The notes under the pieces are model-generated. The model was not told where the DNA came from. It saw only the letters and a program-made list of their open reading frames with translations, and did not search any database. A program made the translations under genes and the position numbers. A stretch of DNA of 64,000 nucleotides from Cetorhinus maximus (Eukaryota). Where the stretch lies: NCBI RefSeq assembly GCF_964194155.1, contig NC_135884.1, positions 60,636,001 to 60,700,000 of the forward strand, read 5' to 3'. Position 1 is the first letter of the stretch. Every line of letters begins with the position of its first letter. This document shows positions 13,297 through 25,985 of this stretch, one piece after another.

Positions 13297-14060
13297 CAGA
13301 AAATAAGAACAGTAGTAATAGCAGCAGGAACAGATCACACAGCCTGTCGAGCCTGCTTCGTCATTCAATATGACCATGGCTGAATTTCACCTTCAACTCA
13401 ATTTTCCCACCTGCTCCCCATGTCCTTTGATTCCTTGGGAGACGAAGACCAAATATCGGTCTGCGTCAGCCTTAAATATATTCAATGATGGAGCATCCAC
13501 AACCCTCCGGGGTAGGGAATTCCAAAGATTCACAACCCCTTGAGTGAAGAAATTTCTCTTCACCTCAGTCCTAAATGATCAGGCCCTTATCCTGAGACTG
13601 TGCCTCCTTCTGGATTCCTCAGCCATGGGAAACAATCTTGACCCTGTCAAGTCCCTTCATAATCTCGTGTGCTTCAATGAGATCACCTCACATTCTCCTA
13701 GAGACTATAAACCCTGTATACTCAGCCTTTCATCGTGGGACAACCTCCTCATCCCAGGGATCAATCTAGTGAACCTTCGCTGTACTGCCTCCAAATTGCA
13801 AGTACATCCTTCCTTAAATATGAAGAGCAGAATTTCACAGTATTCTAGATGTGGTCTCACCAAAGCCCCATACAATTGTAACAGGATTTCTTTATTCTTG
13901 TACTCCAACCCCCTTCCAATAAAGGCCAACATGCCATTTGCTTTCCTCATTGCTTGCTGTACCTGCATGCTAACCTTTTGTGTTCCTTGTACAAGTACAC
14001 GCAAGTCTCTCTGAACATCAGCACTTACAAGTTTCACACCTTTTATAAAATATCCTCCTG
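13297..14060 (-). mobile_element. CR1 LINE 3' fragment (family A)
   Basis: ORF 13705-14292 part: QRDLRVLVQ..KANGMLAFI.RGLEYK..LYGALVRPHLEYC..LEAVQRRFTRLIPG. Confidence 0.92.
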
Positions 14061-14569
14061 CCTTTCCATCCAGTCTTGTTGAGTTCATCACCCGAACTAA
14101 ATTCCCACACACATTTGCCTCTCTGATGCCCTGTAAAAATCGAGGTGTAAGTGCTTGAATTGTACCTGAAATATGCACTACAGATGTACATGTTCTCTTA
14201 ACTGAGAGTGCAGGTGACAATGCATTAACTTCCTGTACAATATACAGATGCAATTTGATGTTGCAAATTGTTTGAGATGACAGCCCTTTCAATACAATTT
14301 TATTTGCCTTTGTGATGGCTAAAGAATAATAATTAAAAAATGCACATTGGAAATAAAGAATTTGATGGGATCAATACCTCCATTGGACAAATGATTAATG
14401 GAAAAATGATGCCAGGGCTGAAGTCATTTCTTTCATTGAGCTTTGCTGTCTGTGCAATGAATGGGAGTATTCTTCATCATCATTCCTTTAATGAGAATCC
14501 TCCGCTCACTTGTGGTTGGGATAAATGGGATGCCATTGTAGAACTGGTAATGATTTGAATTTAAAAATC

Positions 14570-14940
14570 GCCAGTTTTCTTTGCTCCTCTCCTGAAGGCA
14601 GTGACTGTTATTGGGGTACAGCCCCTCAGTCCCATGTCCAAGTATATGTCTATCTTGATGGTAAATCATAGTGGGCTGCTTGGTCATGGAGGGAATGCAA
14701 ACCAGGCCAAACCTATTCTCAACTAACCTGCACACTTTCTGTGAGGAATCACTGCAGAGCAATCATGAACAGGAATCCTATCTGTTTCTTCTCTCAAAAC
14801 CCAGGTGAGGGGAGACCAATTGAAATATCTCAGCTAGGACGAACAAACTTAGCAATGGGGCTCAAATCTAGGACTATTTGGTCTGTATGTCTCCATTCCG
14901 TACTATTCATTGTGCTTACTGACATAGTTTGACTGGAGAA
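14570..14940 (-). repeat. Old SINE-like interspersed repeat
   Basis: Loose similarity to 2420-2570, 35050-35500, 49290-49630 and 57350-57660; family not identified. Confidence 0.4.
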
Positions 14941-15757
14941 CTTCCAAATAGGTCACTGAGTCTCAGGTCAAGAGTCTCTGCTCTAATGAATACCAAGAAG
15001 TGTAATGCATGTGCACATCACAAGCTGTCATGAAACCTCATGGCACAATGAGTTAGCTTTCCTTTTATTCTCAGTCAGTGAAAAAATATCAAGCTTAAAA
15101 AGGGTATTCGCTTTTGCATTGTTTAAATTAGCCTACTCTTCAAAACCTTTTCATTAGCCTTAATGTTGCAGATACTATAACGTCACTGTCCCCCATTCAC
15201 CCATATATTCAGAACTGTAAATTGTACTACACATAGGAAATATTCCGAACAGATGCTTTGCTCTCTCCTGGAAATTCTCTCAATTATGTAAGTTTCCCCT
15301 AATTGAAAACGTGAAAAGATGCATTGCAACCTACATGAGCAAAATATAACTCGGCTAGAGTTGTAGGAAAATGTCGCAAAAAAATTTACATTCAACGTAC
15401 ATCCAAGAAAAGGGTGAAAACTCTTCTTTAAAGAAAACTACCTGGAATAAACTTAAAAATAAAACAAAATCTCATTGGAGAATCTCAGTGTTGGTGTTTG
15501 CCAACCTATAACATCTACAGTTATTCTTTTTCACCAGTATAAATGCTATTGAGTCGGTACACACCTCCCAGCAAATATTGTAACAGACAAGAAAGCCAGG
15601 CCATGTTACGTTGTGTTATTATAATGAGGTGAGTAATATCAGTGTTGGGGAATGGAGCAGTTTGATTTTGGACCATTAGAAGAGAAATCTCCTCCTGCAT
15701 TAGTATTGAGAGTTTTTGTTATCCATACCAGCTGTGAGGTTACTAACTGCAAAGGTG

Positions 15758-16165
15758 TTGGCTGTGGCTCAATTGGTTGCACTCTCACCTGAGAGTTAGA
15801 ATGTTGTGGTTCAGAAGGTCCACTCTCGGGACTTTAGCACTCAGGACTTAGGTTGCTACTCCAGTGCTGTCTTTCAGGTGACATGTTAAACCGAGTCCTC
15901 AACTGCCTGCTCAGGTGGATGTGAAGCTCATATGCACCATTTCAGAGACGAGCAGGGGAGTTCTCCCCACCTGGCCAATATTGACCTCTCAACAGACATT
16001 ACTAAGACAAGATTCCGGTCATTATTGCATTGCTGTTTGTGGGAACTTGCAGTGTGCAAATTGGCTTCCGTGTTTCCTACGTTACAACAGTGACTATCTT
16101 TTCATATAAAGTGCTATGGGACATCCTGAGGTCCTGAAAGGTACTGATACAAGTCTTTCTTTCTT
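15758..16165 (+). mobile_element. Deu-domain SINE with tRNA-derived head
   Basis: Head tggctcaattggttgcactctc..gtggttc (A/B-box like), body ctgtttgtgggaacttgcagtgtgcaaattggc, tail aaggtactgatacaagtctttctttc. Confidence 0.8.
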
Positions 16166-16859
16166 ATCATTGTTGACTTAGGGGTAATTTTGTGCTGTGG
16201 GCCCAGGCCCACTAGAAATGGAACTGAAACCTCCCACGTTCTTTTCACATCTGAACCCAACAGCCACGAAAGATAATTTCCACTATCTGACTAGATTAGG
16301 TTTGAAACTAAGCCTCAGAAATGAAAAGCCACAACCCCAACAAATTATATTAGCTATAGTCCCTTGCTAATTATACTCCTGAACAACCCAAACTTCTACG
16401 CAAGTAACACAATAATTATAATGACTAGTAAGTATTTTAGGGGCTAGTGAGTCTGGATTGTATGGAGGACATTTTCTGAGCAAAATAAACGTGAACATTT
16501 TCCCTCAGGTGTACTTTTGTCAGACAAGCTTTTGCATTCAATCTACCAGTGCAGTTTCCAATGGCATTGACAGAGTAGGTTAGTGGGTACGGTAGGAATT
16601 TTTGTGAGGTGCTATGACAGGCCAATTTGCTCGCAACCAATCAAAAAATATTTGGTTCCTGGAGCCTGTGTCAGATCAGGACAATTCGATTGCTGTGAAG
16701 TGTTTTTACACCTCATTTCATGTAAGTTGCAGCGCAGGTCAGGACTGTTCAGCACAGCTGCTCTGTGTTGCTATTTATCCACCACATGAGCAGTAATCTC
16801 TAAGCTTTTGTGTGCACTCCGTTCTCATATCACTTTACTCCCAATTTTCTTCAGCCACC

Positions 16860-17090
16860 TAGCTAACTAGTTCCTTCCTATTGGCATGGTCCCTGCTTCA
16901 ATTATTGACTCTGCCAGTGCAGTCCACAGCTTCACAACCCTCTGTGTGGGGAAAAAGAAGTATCTTCTCTCCAACCTAAATCTCTTCCACCTAATCTTAT
17001 ATCTATACCACGTCATTATATACCCCTTGATATTGGAAAGAGTCTATTTTTGTCTACTCTGTTCCATCCTTTCATAATCAAAAAAGCCTT
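16860..17090 (-). mobile_element. Degraded CR1 3' fragment
   Basis: ccacagcttcacaaccctctgtgtggg aaaaagaagtatcttctc resembles the antisense of the CR1 'NFFTQRVV..WN' region. Confidence 0.55.
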
Positions 17091-17210
17091 TATCAAACCA
17101 CACTCTGGTTTAAATTGGAGTGTTCTTCATTAGAGCAATCAGTAAAGTGTAGCATTTTTGCTTTACAGTATATATACTTAAAATGTCATACATGCTGTGT
17201 GCAAGATTTG

Positions 17211-17277
17211 TATTATATATATATATATATAAATATATATATAGATAAATTTTATATATATATATATATATATATAA
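17211..17277. repeat. (TA)n microsatellite, interrupted
   Basis: Direct reading. Confidence 0.95.
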
Positions 17278-18697
17278 AACCATTATTTCTTTGATCATTT
17301 TGGCCAGTGCCCATTGCTGCCCCAGTAGTTCTAAGATGAGACTGCAGTGGTAGAGATTAGACATACTATTCATTCTCCCAGAGAATACTATATGTAATGT
17401 AGTTTGTTTTCAAATAAAGAACTCACATTTTTTCACCAATCCTCGTGTATGATTGGTACATTTATGTTAAAGGTGGTAGCATGGCTTGAATTTGACTGAG
17501 CCTCCACCCTTCACATCCAGCCAAAGAGAATAATTGGTGTGGAAGTGAAGCAGCTATCAAGCTTCACTGTGTGTAAGTGATTCTGCAGCTCTGAAGGAAT
17601 TCTACACATAACACACAATACCTTCATTCTGGGATCACACCTCGCTCCAGGCAGCAGGCACCCAGTCCTCGTGAAATTGTTTAAATCTGGGAGAGTTTAA
17701 ACAGTTAAAGTCTACCTGCTGTGAAGTTTAAGCAGGAACAGAAATTAAACAGTAGACTCCAAGTGGTCTCACTCATAGGCGGGAGAGATTCCATTACTAC
17801 TGAAGTTAAATACTGCAGACTGGGCTAAGAAGAATCCATTCACTAACAGCTCCTAACAGCTCAAAGAAGCCTCTAAAAAAGTCTTTTTTACCACCTGCTT
17901 TCATTTTTGAAACCAACAGCCATTTTCCTACCTAAATCACTGCTTTGTGGGTGGAACTTAGTCAACCCAGGAACAATCAGAATGAGCTCAACACTGCCAC
18001 CATTGCAGTCAAGCAGTAACTGATGACCAGCTAAGGCAATGGCCACTAAAGATACTGCAACTCAAAGCTACATTAAATCTAAAAGAGCCTAGGGAACATG
18101 CATAGCTCTCAAAAGCTCCAGAAAAGCATTAAAAATCCTGCAAAAAGCTTAAAAGGTGACCACAAAATTTCCAATATTCAATTGGAAGGCAACAGATCAC
18201 CTATCTGAATTTACTTTGTTCCAACAACACATCCAGCTGAAGGCCTTTATAGACTGAACATGTCAAGTCTGTACGACGACCATCTTAGGAATCCAGATAA
18301 AATATGGTCAACACTTGAAGATCAATTATGAGCGAAGTACAACTACAGAATATACCACCTGGAATCATAACTTTCAACAACCAACTGGGACCTTTGATCA
18401 ATTCAGAAGTAGATGCAAAGACAAGGGCAAGATTGCGACTTCACAGCAGCAGAGTAAGCTGACTGAATAATCGAGCTCATGATAGCATTTACCCCAATGG
18501 AAGCAATATTAAAATACATATTGGAGCAACTCAAAGGTTACACTGTGGAAGCACTACTACAAAGCAGATGCAAGTATGAAGCCATACTAATGGGTAGGCA
18601 GAGCCTTCAGGCTTTAATTTTATAATTTGTCCACCATTGGCATGGTAGCCAATGCAGGAAGCCCAGTAAGCAATGTGGATGGTGTAGCCTTATACAT

Positions 18698-19138
18698 TTG
18701 CCAAGAAAACGTCCAGCTTTAAACACTATATGTAAGGCATGTGGCATCAGAGGACATTGGAAGTGCCAAAGCAGTAAGCAAAGGCCGGAACATGTGGTTC
18801 AATGTCATGAGAAGCCAGAAACAGAGGTCAGACAGATTCAGCATTCTAACCAACCAAGAACATGTACCAAACAGCGTAAGAACAAGATCCACAAAATATC
18901 TAGCCAAACCATATGGTCGAATGATGAGGACGAACTGACCATTGACACACAAAGGGAGCAGACATTCAGCATGATGAATATCGAAGAATGTATTGGCACA
19001 ATGGTACCAACTGAAGTCTTTGCCACTATCCAGATTATATGCTCACAGATGATGGGCCACCATAACCTATATGCAAAACCCGACACTGGAACAGGTGCAA
19101 ACATCCTTCCACATCACACACTGAACTCAAAGAAGTGA
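18698..19138 (+). pseudogene. gag CCHC-knuckle and aspartic protease remnant
   Basis: PALNTICKACGIRGHWKC (degenerate CX2CX4HX4C) and AKPDTGTGANILP (DTG active site). Confidence 0.8.
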
Positions 19139-19595
19139 CAAGCAATGATTCAACCAACTACTGCCAAACTTGCTGTGTATAATTGCTCAGAGATTGCATC
19201 CCTGGGACACTCAAATGTCTCTAGAAAGCTCAGCCTGCTCACAACAGATATTTTTTATTGTGGGCACCACAGTTTCAGTGATCACAGGCCTACCGGCATG
19301 GAGGGACCTACCTTGGTCACTATCCATAGTATCATCAAGACAATGTCAAGGACCAGAGACCACAGGAGAACCATCGAAAATCTGTGCCTACGATGGCTGA
19401 AGATCACCTAAATCTGCAACGCAGATCATGGGCTAACAAGCTACATGGCACAATTTGAACTGAATACGTATATCCGTTCTAAATTTGCAAAGTTCATACT
19501 GTGGAAGCAGCATGGATTAATATTAAGCAAACAAGTGCAGACAAATATCCCCAGTAATCACTCGTCGAAACTTCCAGGCATATGTAATACATTAC

Positions 19596-19931
19596 TTGGA
19601 AAAACGGGAAGATGAAAGATGTCCACGGCCGCACGCAGCTAACGAATTACTCAACCTAACCATTAGACAGAGAGTCCGAGTACAACACACAACTGATGGC
19701 ACCTGGAATCTAGCCGAAATTGTCAGCACGTGCCCAGAACTACGATCGTATCAAGTACACCAAATGGCAATGACAGTGCAACAAAACAGATGCCGAATCA
19801 GAACAGTAACACAAACAGAAAAAGCAAGCAGTCAATTGCGAACAGAACATGGTCTAAAACGCAGCACAAACAAAGCAACCCTAACTAGCATTCTGAAAAT
19901 GGACAGCAGCCTCCAACAAAGATCACTGTAA
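19596..19931 (+). pseudogene. Gypsy integrase C-terminal tail remnant
   Basis: LTIRQRVRVQ..GTWNLAEIV....ELRSYQV......QQNRCRIR resembles the VRV..W..A.V..PRSY.V..RRNR motif after Gypsy integrase cores. Confidence 0.65.
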
Positions 19932-20094
19932 GTAAGCCTGGACAAATAAGCAAACCACCGGTACATTTTAGGGACTTGCAAATTTATTGCTCCATGTCAA
20001 AGTTGTGACATTCAGTCACGATGCTATTTTCTTTAGTTTTCCTTTAAATAGTTTGATTCTTTAAGGGTAAACCTTTAGTCAGAAAAAAGGAGGA

Positions 20095-20340
20095 TGTTGT
20101 GATATGATGTGCATGCACCTTTAAGAGAATGCATCTTAAACTGCTGTCAGTCACTACTACCACTGGCACAGAATATGAAGTATTAGCAAGCAGCAGTAGT
20201 AGAGGCTAGATGTACTATCCATAGTCTCCCAGTGAATACTATCTGTATCTCATCTTATCTTCAAATAAAGAACCCATATTATTGTTTCACCAGTCCTTCT
20301 ATACGATTGGTATATTTACGTTGAAGAGAAGAAAAACACA
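20095..20340 (+). repeat. 3' LTR (246 bp)
   Basis: Begins tgttgtg directly after the PPT, contains aataaa, ends aacaca. Confidence 0.85.
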
Positions 20341-21302
20341 GCAGTTCCTTGTCCCAATCCACTCCATATAAGAGAATTGCAGCATGCTGTACTTCACTAT
20401 TAATACCATTCACCTGAATCTTCCATGAAAGGGAAACATTCAGCATTGGTATTTCTGCTTTGCCCCAAAGAAATATATATTTTTAATCAGCTAATATTTA
20501 CAATTACCTGCCTTTTTCTGCAGCAAAATAGAAACTTTAACATTTCAAAAATGCATGCTCCTTTGGTCTGATGTGACATATTTTTCTGAAAAAACACCTT
20601 GCTCTACAGTACCGTGTATAAGCAAGTCCACTTCAGGATGAAAGATAAAGAGAAGTGTGCCAGGTAGTGCTAACAAATGATGTAACAGCACACCCAAGTG
20701 GTTGACTTCCCCCACTTGTCCCTAAGGTTGATGTTCTGGTTGAAAAGGGTTGATTGACCAAAATGTTTTACTGATTTTTTTTTCCCCTCCAACTTCCTTT
20801 CTGCCTTTCCTGTGCAAGATTTAAGCCTCACACATCCTCCATGTATTGTGCTTTTCTGAAAGTTTCTGGATTATTCTCACACAGGTGCACACTGCAATTT
20901 GAATGACTAAGCTCTCCCTTTATAGACGCGAGCTCCCAGCTCTCATGTTCTACAGGGGTAGAATAATTCATGTGCTAAAATTGTTTTGCAAGCTGTGTTG
21001 AAATGACAGAAACCCTGCTTTGCCCAGGCCCAGATATTTTCCATGTTCTGAAAAAAAAACTGGGTGTTGAATTTACAGTAGTAAGGTTTCAATTAAATTA
21101 AATATAATTCAAGAACTGTATACACACTGCAGCATTTCCCATTGCACTGAGAAGATGGGAAGGAGCAGTGATTTATTGTGCTCCTTGGGAGGAGGTATCA
21201 GCTCAGCAAGATCAAGAAACTCAAATCACTGGGTTTCTTTTACTTAAAGCCCAAGCAACACTTTTCAGTCAGAAAAGCAGAAATTACATTTCCAGCAATA
21301 TT

Positions 21303-22480
21303 TGTCAGGACCTGATGGTCTGCATCCTAGGGTTTTAAAAGAGGCGGCTACAGAGATAGCAGATGCATTGGTTTTGATCTTCCATAATTCCTTAGATTTT
21401 GGAACAGTCCCTCACAGGCTGGAAGGTAGCAAATGTAACCTCGCCATTCAAGAAAGGAGGGTTAGAGAAAGCAGGGAACTACAGGCCAGTTAGCCTGACA
21501 TCAGTATGAGGGAAAATGCTAGAATCTATTCTTAGGGATGTGGTAACAGGGCACTTTGCCCAATCATATCCTGATTTTCCGAGCTAACATAGACTTATGA
21601 AAGGGAGATCATGTTTGTCGGATCTGGTAGAGTTATTTGAGGTTGTAACTAGCAAAATAGATAAGGGGGAACCAATGGAGGTAACGTATTTGAATTTTCA
21701 AAAATAATTTAATAAAGTGCTGCACCAAAGGTTACAACATTAAGGCTCATAGGATTGGGGACAATATATTACCCCTAATTGAGAATTGGCTAATGGACAG
21801 GAAACACTGTGTGGAAATAAAGGGGACATTTCTGTATTGGCAGGCTGTAACCAGCAGGGTACTGCAAGGATCAGCACTCGGGCCTCAGCTATTTACAATC
21901 TATATTAATGACTTAGATATGGGGAGATCAAGTGTAATACATCCAGGTTTTCTGGTGATGCAAAACTAGGTGGGAATGTAAGCTGTGAGCAGGATGAAAA
22001 GAGGCTGCAAAACGATGTAGACAGGGGTGAATGGGTAAGAGTATGGCAGATGGAATATAATGAGGTGAAGTGGGAAAATAGAAAAATTGAATAGTTTTAA
22101 ATGGTGACAGGCTGGGAAATGGAGGTATTCAAAGGCACCTGGATGTCTTTGTACATGAACTAGAGATGTTTACCTGCAGTTCCAGTGAGCAATTAATAAA
22201 GCAAGTGATATGTTAGCCTCTTTTACAAAAGGATTGGAGTATAAAGGTAAAGAAATCTTACTATAATTATCTAGGGCAATCATGAGGCCACTCAGTTTTT
22301 GTCTCCTTACCTAACAAAGGATACGTGCCTCAGAGGCGGTGTGACAGAAGTTCCTAAGACTGATTCCTGGGATGAGAGTATTTTCCATGAGGAGAGATTG
22401 AGTTGACTAGGCCCATTTTTCCTAGAGTTTGCAAGAATAAAAGTTGATCTATTTGAAACATCTAGAATTTGCCAAGGTAG
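21303..22480 (+). mobile_element. Decayed CR1 LINE ORF2 (RT region, family A)
   Basis: SGPDGLHPRVLKE..NYRPVSL..QGSALGPQLFTIYINDL with multiple stops. Confidence 0.9.
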
Positions 22481-22792
22481 ATGCTCAGTATGACTTCAAC
22501 CAATGGAGAGTTTTCCCCCTGATTCTCATTGATTTCAACTTTGCTAAAGCTCTCAATGCCACACTAACAGTCATTCTCACTTTGCCTCTGAAATTCAGCT
22601 TTTTGTCCATATTTGTACTAAGGCTGTAATGAGGTCTGGAGAACAGTGTACCTGGATGTCGGTGAACAGAGTATTGCTGTGTAAGTGCTGCTTGAGAGCA
22701 CTGTCAATGACACCTTCCATCACTTTGCTGATGTTTAAGAGTAGACTAATGGGTCAGTAATTGGCCAGTTCGGAATTGCTCTGCTTTTTGTG
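22480..22792 (-). mobile_element. LINE family B internal RT fragment
   Basis: Aligns with 6890-7240 (tatgacttcaaccaatggagagttttcccc..ccttccatcactttgctgatg). Confidence 0.85.
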
Positions 22793-23159
22793 GCTCTACA
22801 GTGATGTCAACAAATTTTCCAAGCAGCCAATCACTTTAAAGAACTCTCATAGACAGCTGACCAGGAAATGAATAGTATGAATAATCAAATCATTTAAAAT
22901 TTTTACCAAGAGCGAAATAAAGATTGGGACATTAACATGGGGCTATGGTAGAAGCTGAAATATCATGAAGAAAATATTTTAATAAGTTAAATTATTTTAA
23001 AAATCATAATGGAGACCTAACATTCCACAGATTTTCCAGGGCTAGATTCATTATTCAACAGTAGTTAATCAGATCATTGTTAAAAAGCCAGTTACACCTC
23101 ATTGAACAAGGCTTAAATTTTTATGGGGTTTCTAACAGTAAAAGCAAAAAGGGGACGTT

Positions 23160-23729
23160 ACATACAAACATAAGAATTAGGAGCAGGAGTAAGCCATTTG
23201 AGCCTGCTCCACCATTCAATAAGATCATGGCTGATCTGATTGTAACCTCAACCCCACATTCTTGCTTACCCTCAATAACCTTTCACTTTCTTGTTAATCA
23301 AGAATTTATCTAGCTCTGTCTTAAAAATATTCAAAGACTCTGCTTTCATTGCCTCTTGAGGAAGAGAATTCCAAAGCGTCTCTACCCTCTGAGAGAAAAA
23401 AATTCTCCTCATCTCTGTCTTAAATGAGCCACCCCTTATTTTTAAACAGTGACCCCCTAGTTCTAGATTCTCCCACAAGAGGAAACATTTTCTCCAGATC
23501 CACCCTGTCAAGACTCCTCAGGATCTTAAAGGTTTCAATCAAGTCACCTCTTACTCTTCTAAATTCCAGTGGATACAAGCCTAACCTGTCCTACCTTTCC
23601 TCGTAAGACAACCTGCCCACTCCTGGTGTTAGTCTAGTAAACCTTCTGAACTGCTTCTAACGCATTTACATCATTCCTTAAATAAGGAGACCAGTACAGT
23701 ACACAATACTTCAGATGTGGTCTCACCAA
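23160..23729 (-). mobile_element. CR1 LINE 3' fragment inserted in an older repeat
   Basis: ORF 23272-23511 (GHCLKIRG..RRIFFSQRV..LWNSLP..KTELDKFL); standard tail at 23160. Confidence 0.93.
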
Positions 23730-25819
23730 GTCAGCAGATTTCACTGATTACCAGCTCTGGAGGAGGGTCCATACTGAAGCCTTTGGCGAAGCAGTGAATG
23801 AAAGACCCCAACTTCAGGATTTCCACATTAATCTGCCCTTGCACTTAATTCTAAAGTTACGGCAAGATTCCAGAAGGTAATGATGTCAAATGCTGATAGC
23901 ATTTTGGGCCAAAGCACTCTTTAGCTCCACATCCTTTACTTTTTATTACATTTCTTGGAAGTGCTTTGCTACCTAAATTTAAGTAACTACTGTTTAACAC
24001 CTGCCAGTTTAAAGGACATTTTGCAGCATTGTGTAAAACTTTTATCCAATGGACAGATTACTATAAATATAATATCTATTATTCTGAGGGATACACATCA
24101 AGGAGTCACATGCTATAGATAATAGATGACAAATCCTACTTACAGCACGTCGTGCTCACTGTTGAAAGCAATGGCCTTCATATTAATTCCCTAACCCGAC
24201 AATAGGTGGGATGGGGGAGGGGTTAAAAAGTTAAATATGGGGAATGTGACCTCAACATATCATATACATAGCCTGTGCCTTTTTTATTGCTGGTGGACAT
24301 TGGACACACACTAAAATTGGGAGCTTGATTTAGAATTGGCTGTTGCTGCATAGGTGCCCCAGTGGTCTGGAAACCTGGCAGAGAAAGGGAGACAGGAGCT
24401 GCCAGCTCTACAAGGTAAGTGCCTTTTTCAGAACTCCATGTGGCCCAGGCAAAGCTTACCCCCTTACCCTGGAAAGAAACACTCAACCTCCACTAACCCT
24501 CCCAACTGCCAATCGCCCACCAACACTCCTGATTGTGGGCCTCTCCTCCCTCCTGATAGTAAGAGACCCTTTCCAAGAATCCCCACCTAGCTGCAGCCTC
24601 TTGCAGCTTGCCAGACAGGAATTCCATTTGGCCTGTGGCTGGGTAGGAAATGGGAAATGTGAATGAGGTCCTCAGTAAAGTTTAACCGAGCCAGGATTGT
24701 TAGTCATTTTGCCCTCTCTCGCACCCCCCCGCCCCCCGCAACCACCACTATATCTGGAGACCGGTGTGCAGTGGAAAACTTGTGTTGGTTAATATTTTCT
24801 AATGTGTTTGAGTAGGTTTTTGTTAAACCTGCAAAAATAGAGTTTCAGTGTTACATGTGTGTCGTAACACTCCAACAATGCAAACCACCCAGGACTCGCT
24901 CAACTTTAGGATTGTGCAAGACAGAATAGAATGTGTAAGTGGAGAAAATCCATCTTTCTTCTCCTTCAGTATCTCACCTCATCCTCATCTATTATTTGAG
25001 ATAAATATACCTTCTGGGATTTGAGACAAAATAAATTAATGTAAAAGCAGGTACAAGAAGTATTCTGGAGGTTTGATGGCAGGCACATAAAACATTTCCT
25101 TTATCATGTATTAATGGCCCTTTGCTGACACTGGGTGGAACAATGTTCATTAGACTATGCTGTATGAAGAGCTGTCTGTGCTCCTTCAGACTACAGTGCC
25201 TCATTAACCTTTAAGTCATGGTGTTATGAAAGATAGGTTGACCTGGATTTTCTGTGCCAATCGATGTAATCAGGCAGATGGAGATAGAAAATTCTTCAGA
25301 AGCCATTCCGTTGACTCCTAACTTGGCCGCAACACTTCCAGATTTTGTGCCAAGCAAATGGTGAAAAATGACATTCCATAGAACTTCCTTGATTTGTGCT
25401 TAAGCAACGCCGGACACAATTTTTGTTACTGCTTTGGAAGGTAGCACAAGAATCGGGCCTGTTTTACCACATCAGGCTTCTGAGGCCTGCTATAGTCATT
25501 CTCTAACCACAAACATGAGGCCTGGACAGAGATCAGAGTCAAGGGGGAAGGCAGAAGTCCCATCGGATTCCACGTACTTAGTGGATCTTTGGCAGTAGGC
25601 CTCATCACTCAGCTTCCTCTTGTTCTACTGCTGACCTGCCCATTGTTGCATTTTCCTTCACTATCAGATGGGCAAAGAATAAGAAGAGAAGAGAAAAATG
25701 AGAGAAGAGGCCTACCACTGCCTTAATGCCCTGTTCATAATTTCCCTGCTCCTGCTCCTGCCCCTGCAGAAACTAATGTTGGTTCTTCTTGCACTGCTCC
25801 TTACCTACCTGCTGCATGT

Positions 25820-25985
25820 AAGTGATGTATTTTAAGGGAGATTAGATAGATACATTGGGGAGAAAGGAAGAGAAAGTTATGTCAACAGGGTGAAATGCAA
25901 AAGGGTGAGAGGAGGCCCATGTGAAACATGAACACCTGTGTAGGCCAGTTGGGCTGTTTCTATGATGTAAATTTTATGTAAATGC
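25820..25985 (+). mobile_element. Old CR1 3'-end fragment
   Basis: tttaagggagattagatagatacat..gaggaggcccatgtg..ccagttgggc..tgtaaattttatgtaa; similar copy at 57170-57320. Confidence 0.6.

Larger units (their letters stand above)
17343..20340 (+). mobile_element. Internally deleted Gypsy/Ty3-type LTR retrotransposon
   Basis: 5' LTR remnant ~17343-17472 aligns with 3' LTR 20095-20340 (TG..CA); PBS-like tggtagca at 17474; polypurine tract agaaaaaaggagga 20081-20094; gag zinc knuckle, protease and integrase-tail remnants inside. Confidence 0.88.

Noticed and set aside
17211-17277. CRISPR-like or structured array
   Set aside because: Simple TA microsatellite; no repeat-spacer array seen anywhere in the window
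24200-24780. CpG-island promoter
   Set aside because: G/C runs without CpG enrichment; looks like an old MITE-like repeat, as does 11760-12120
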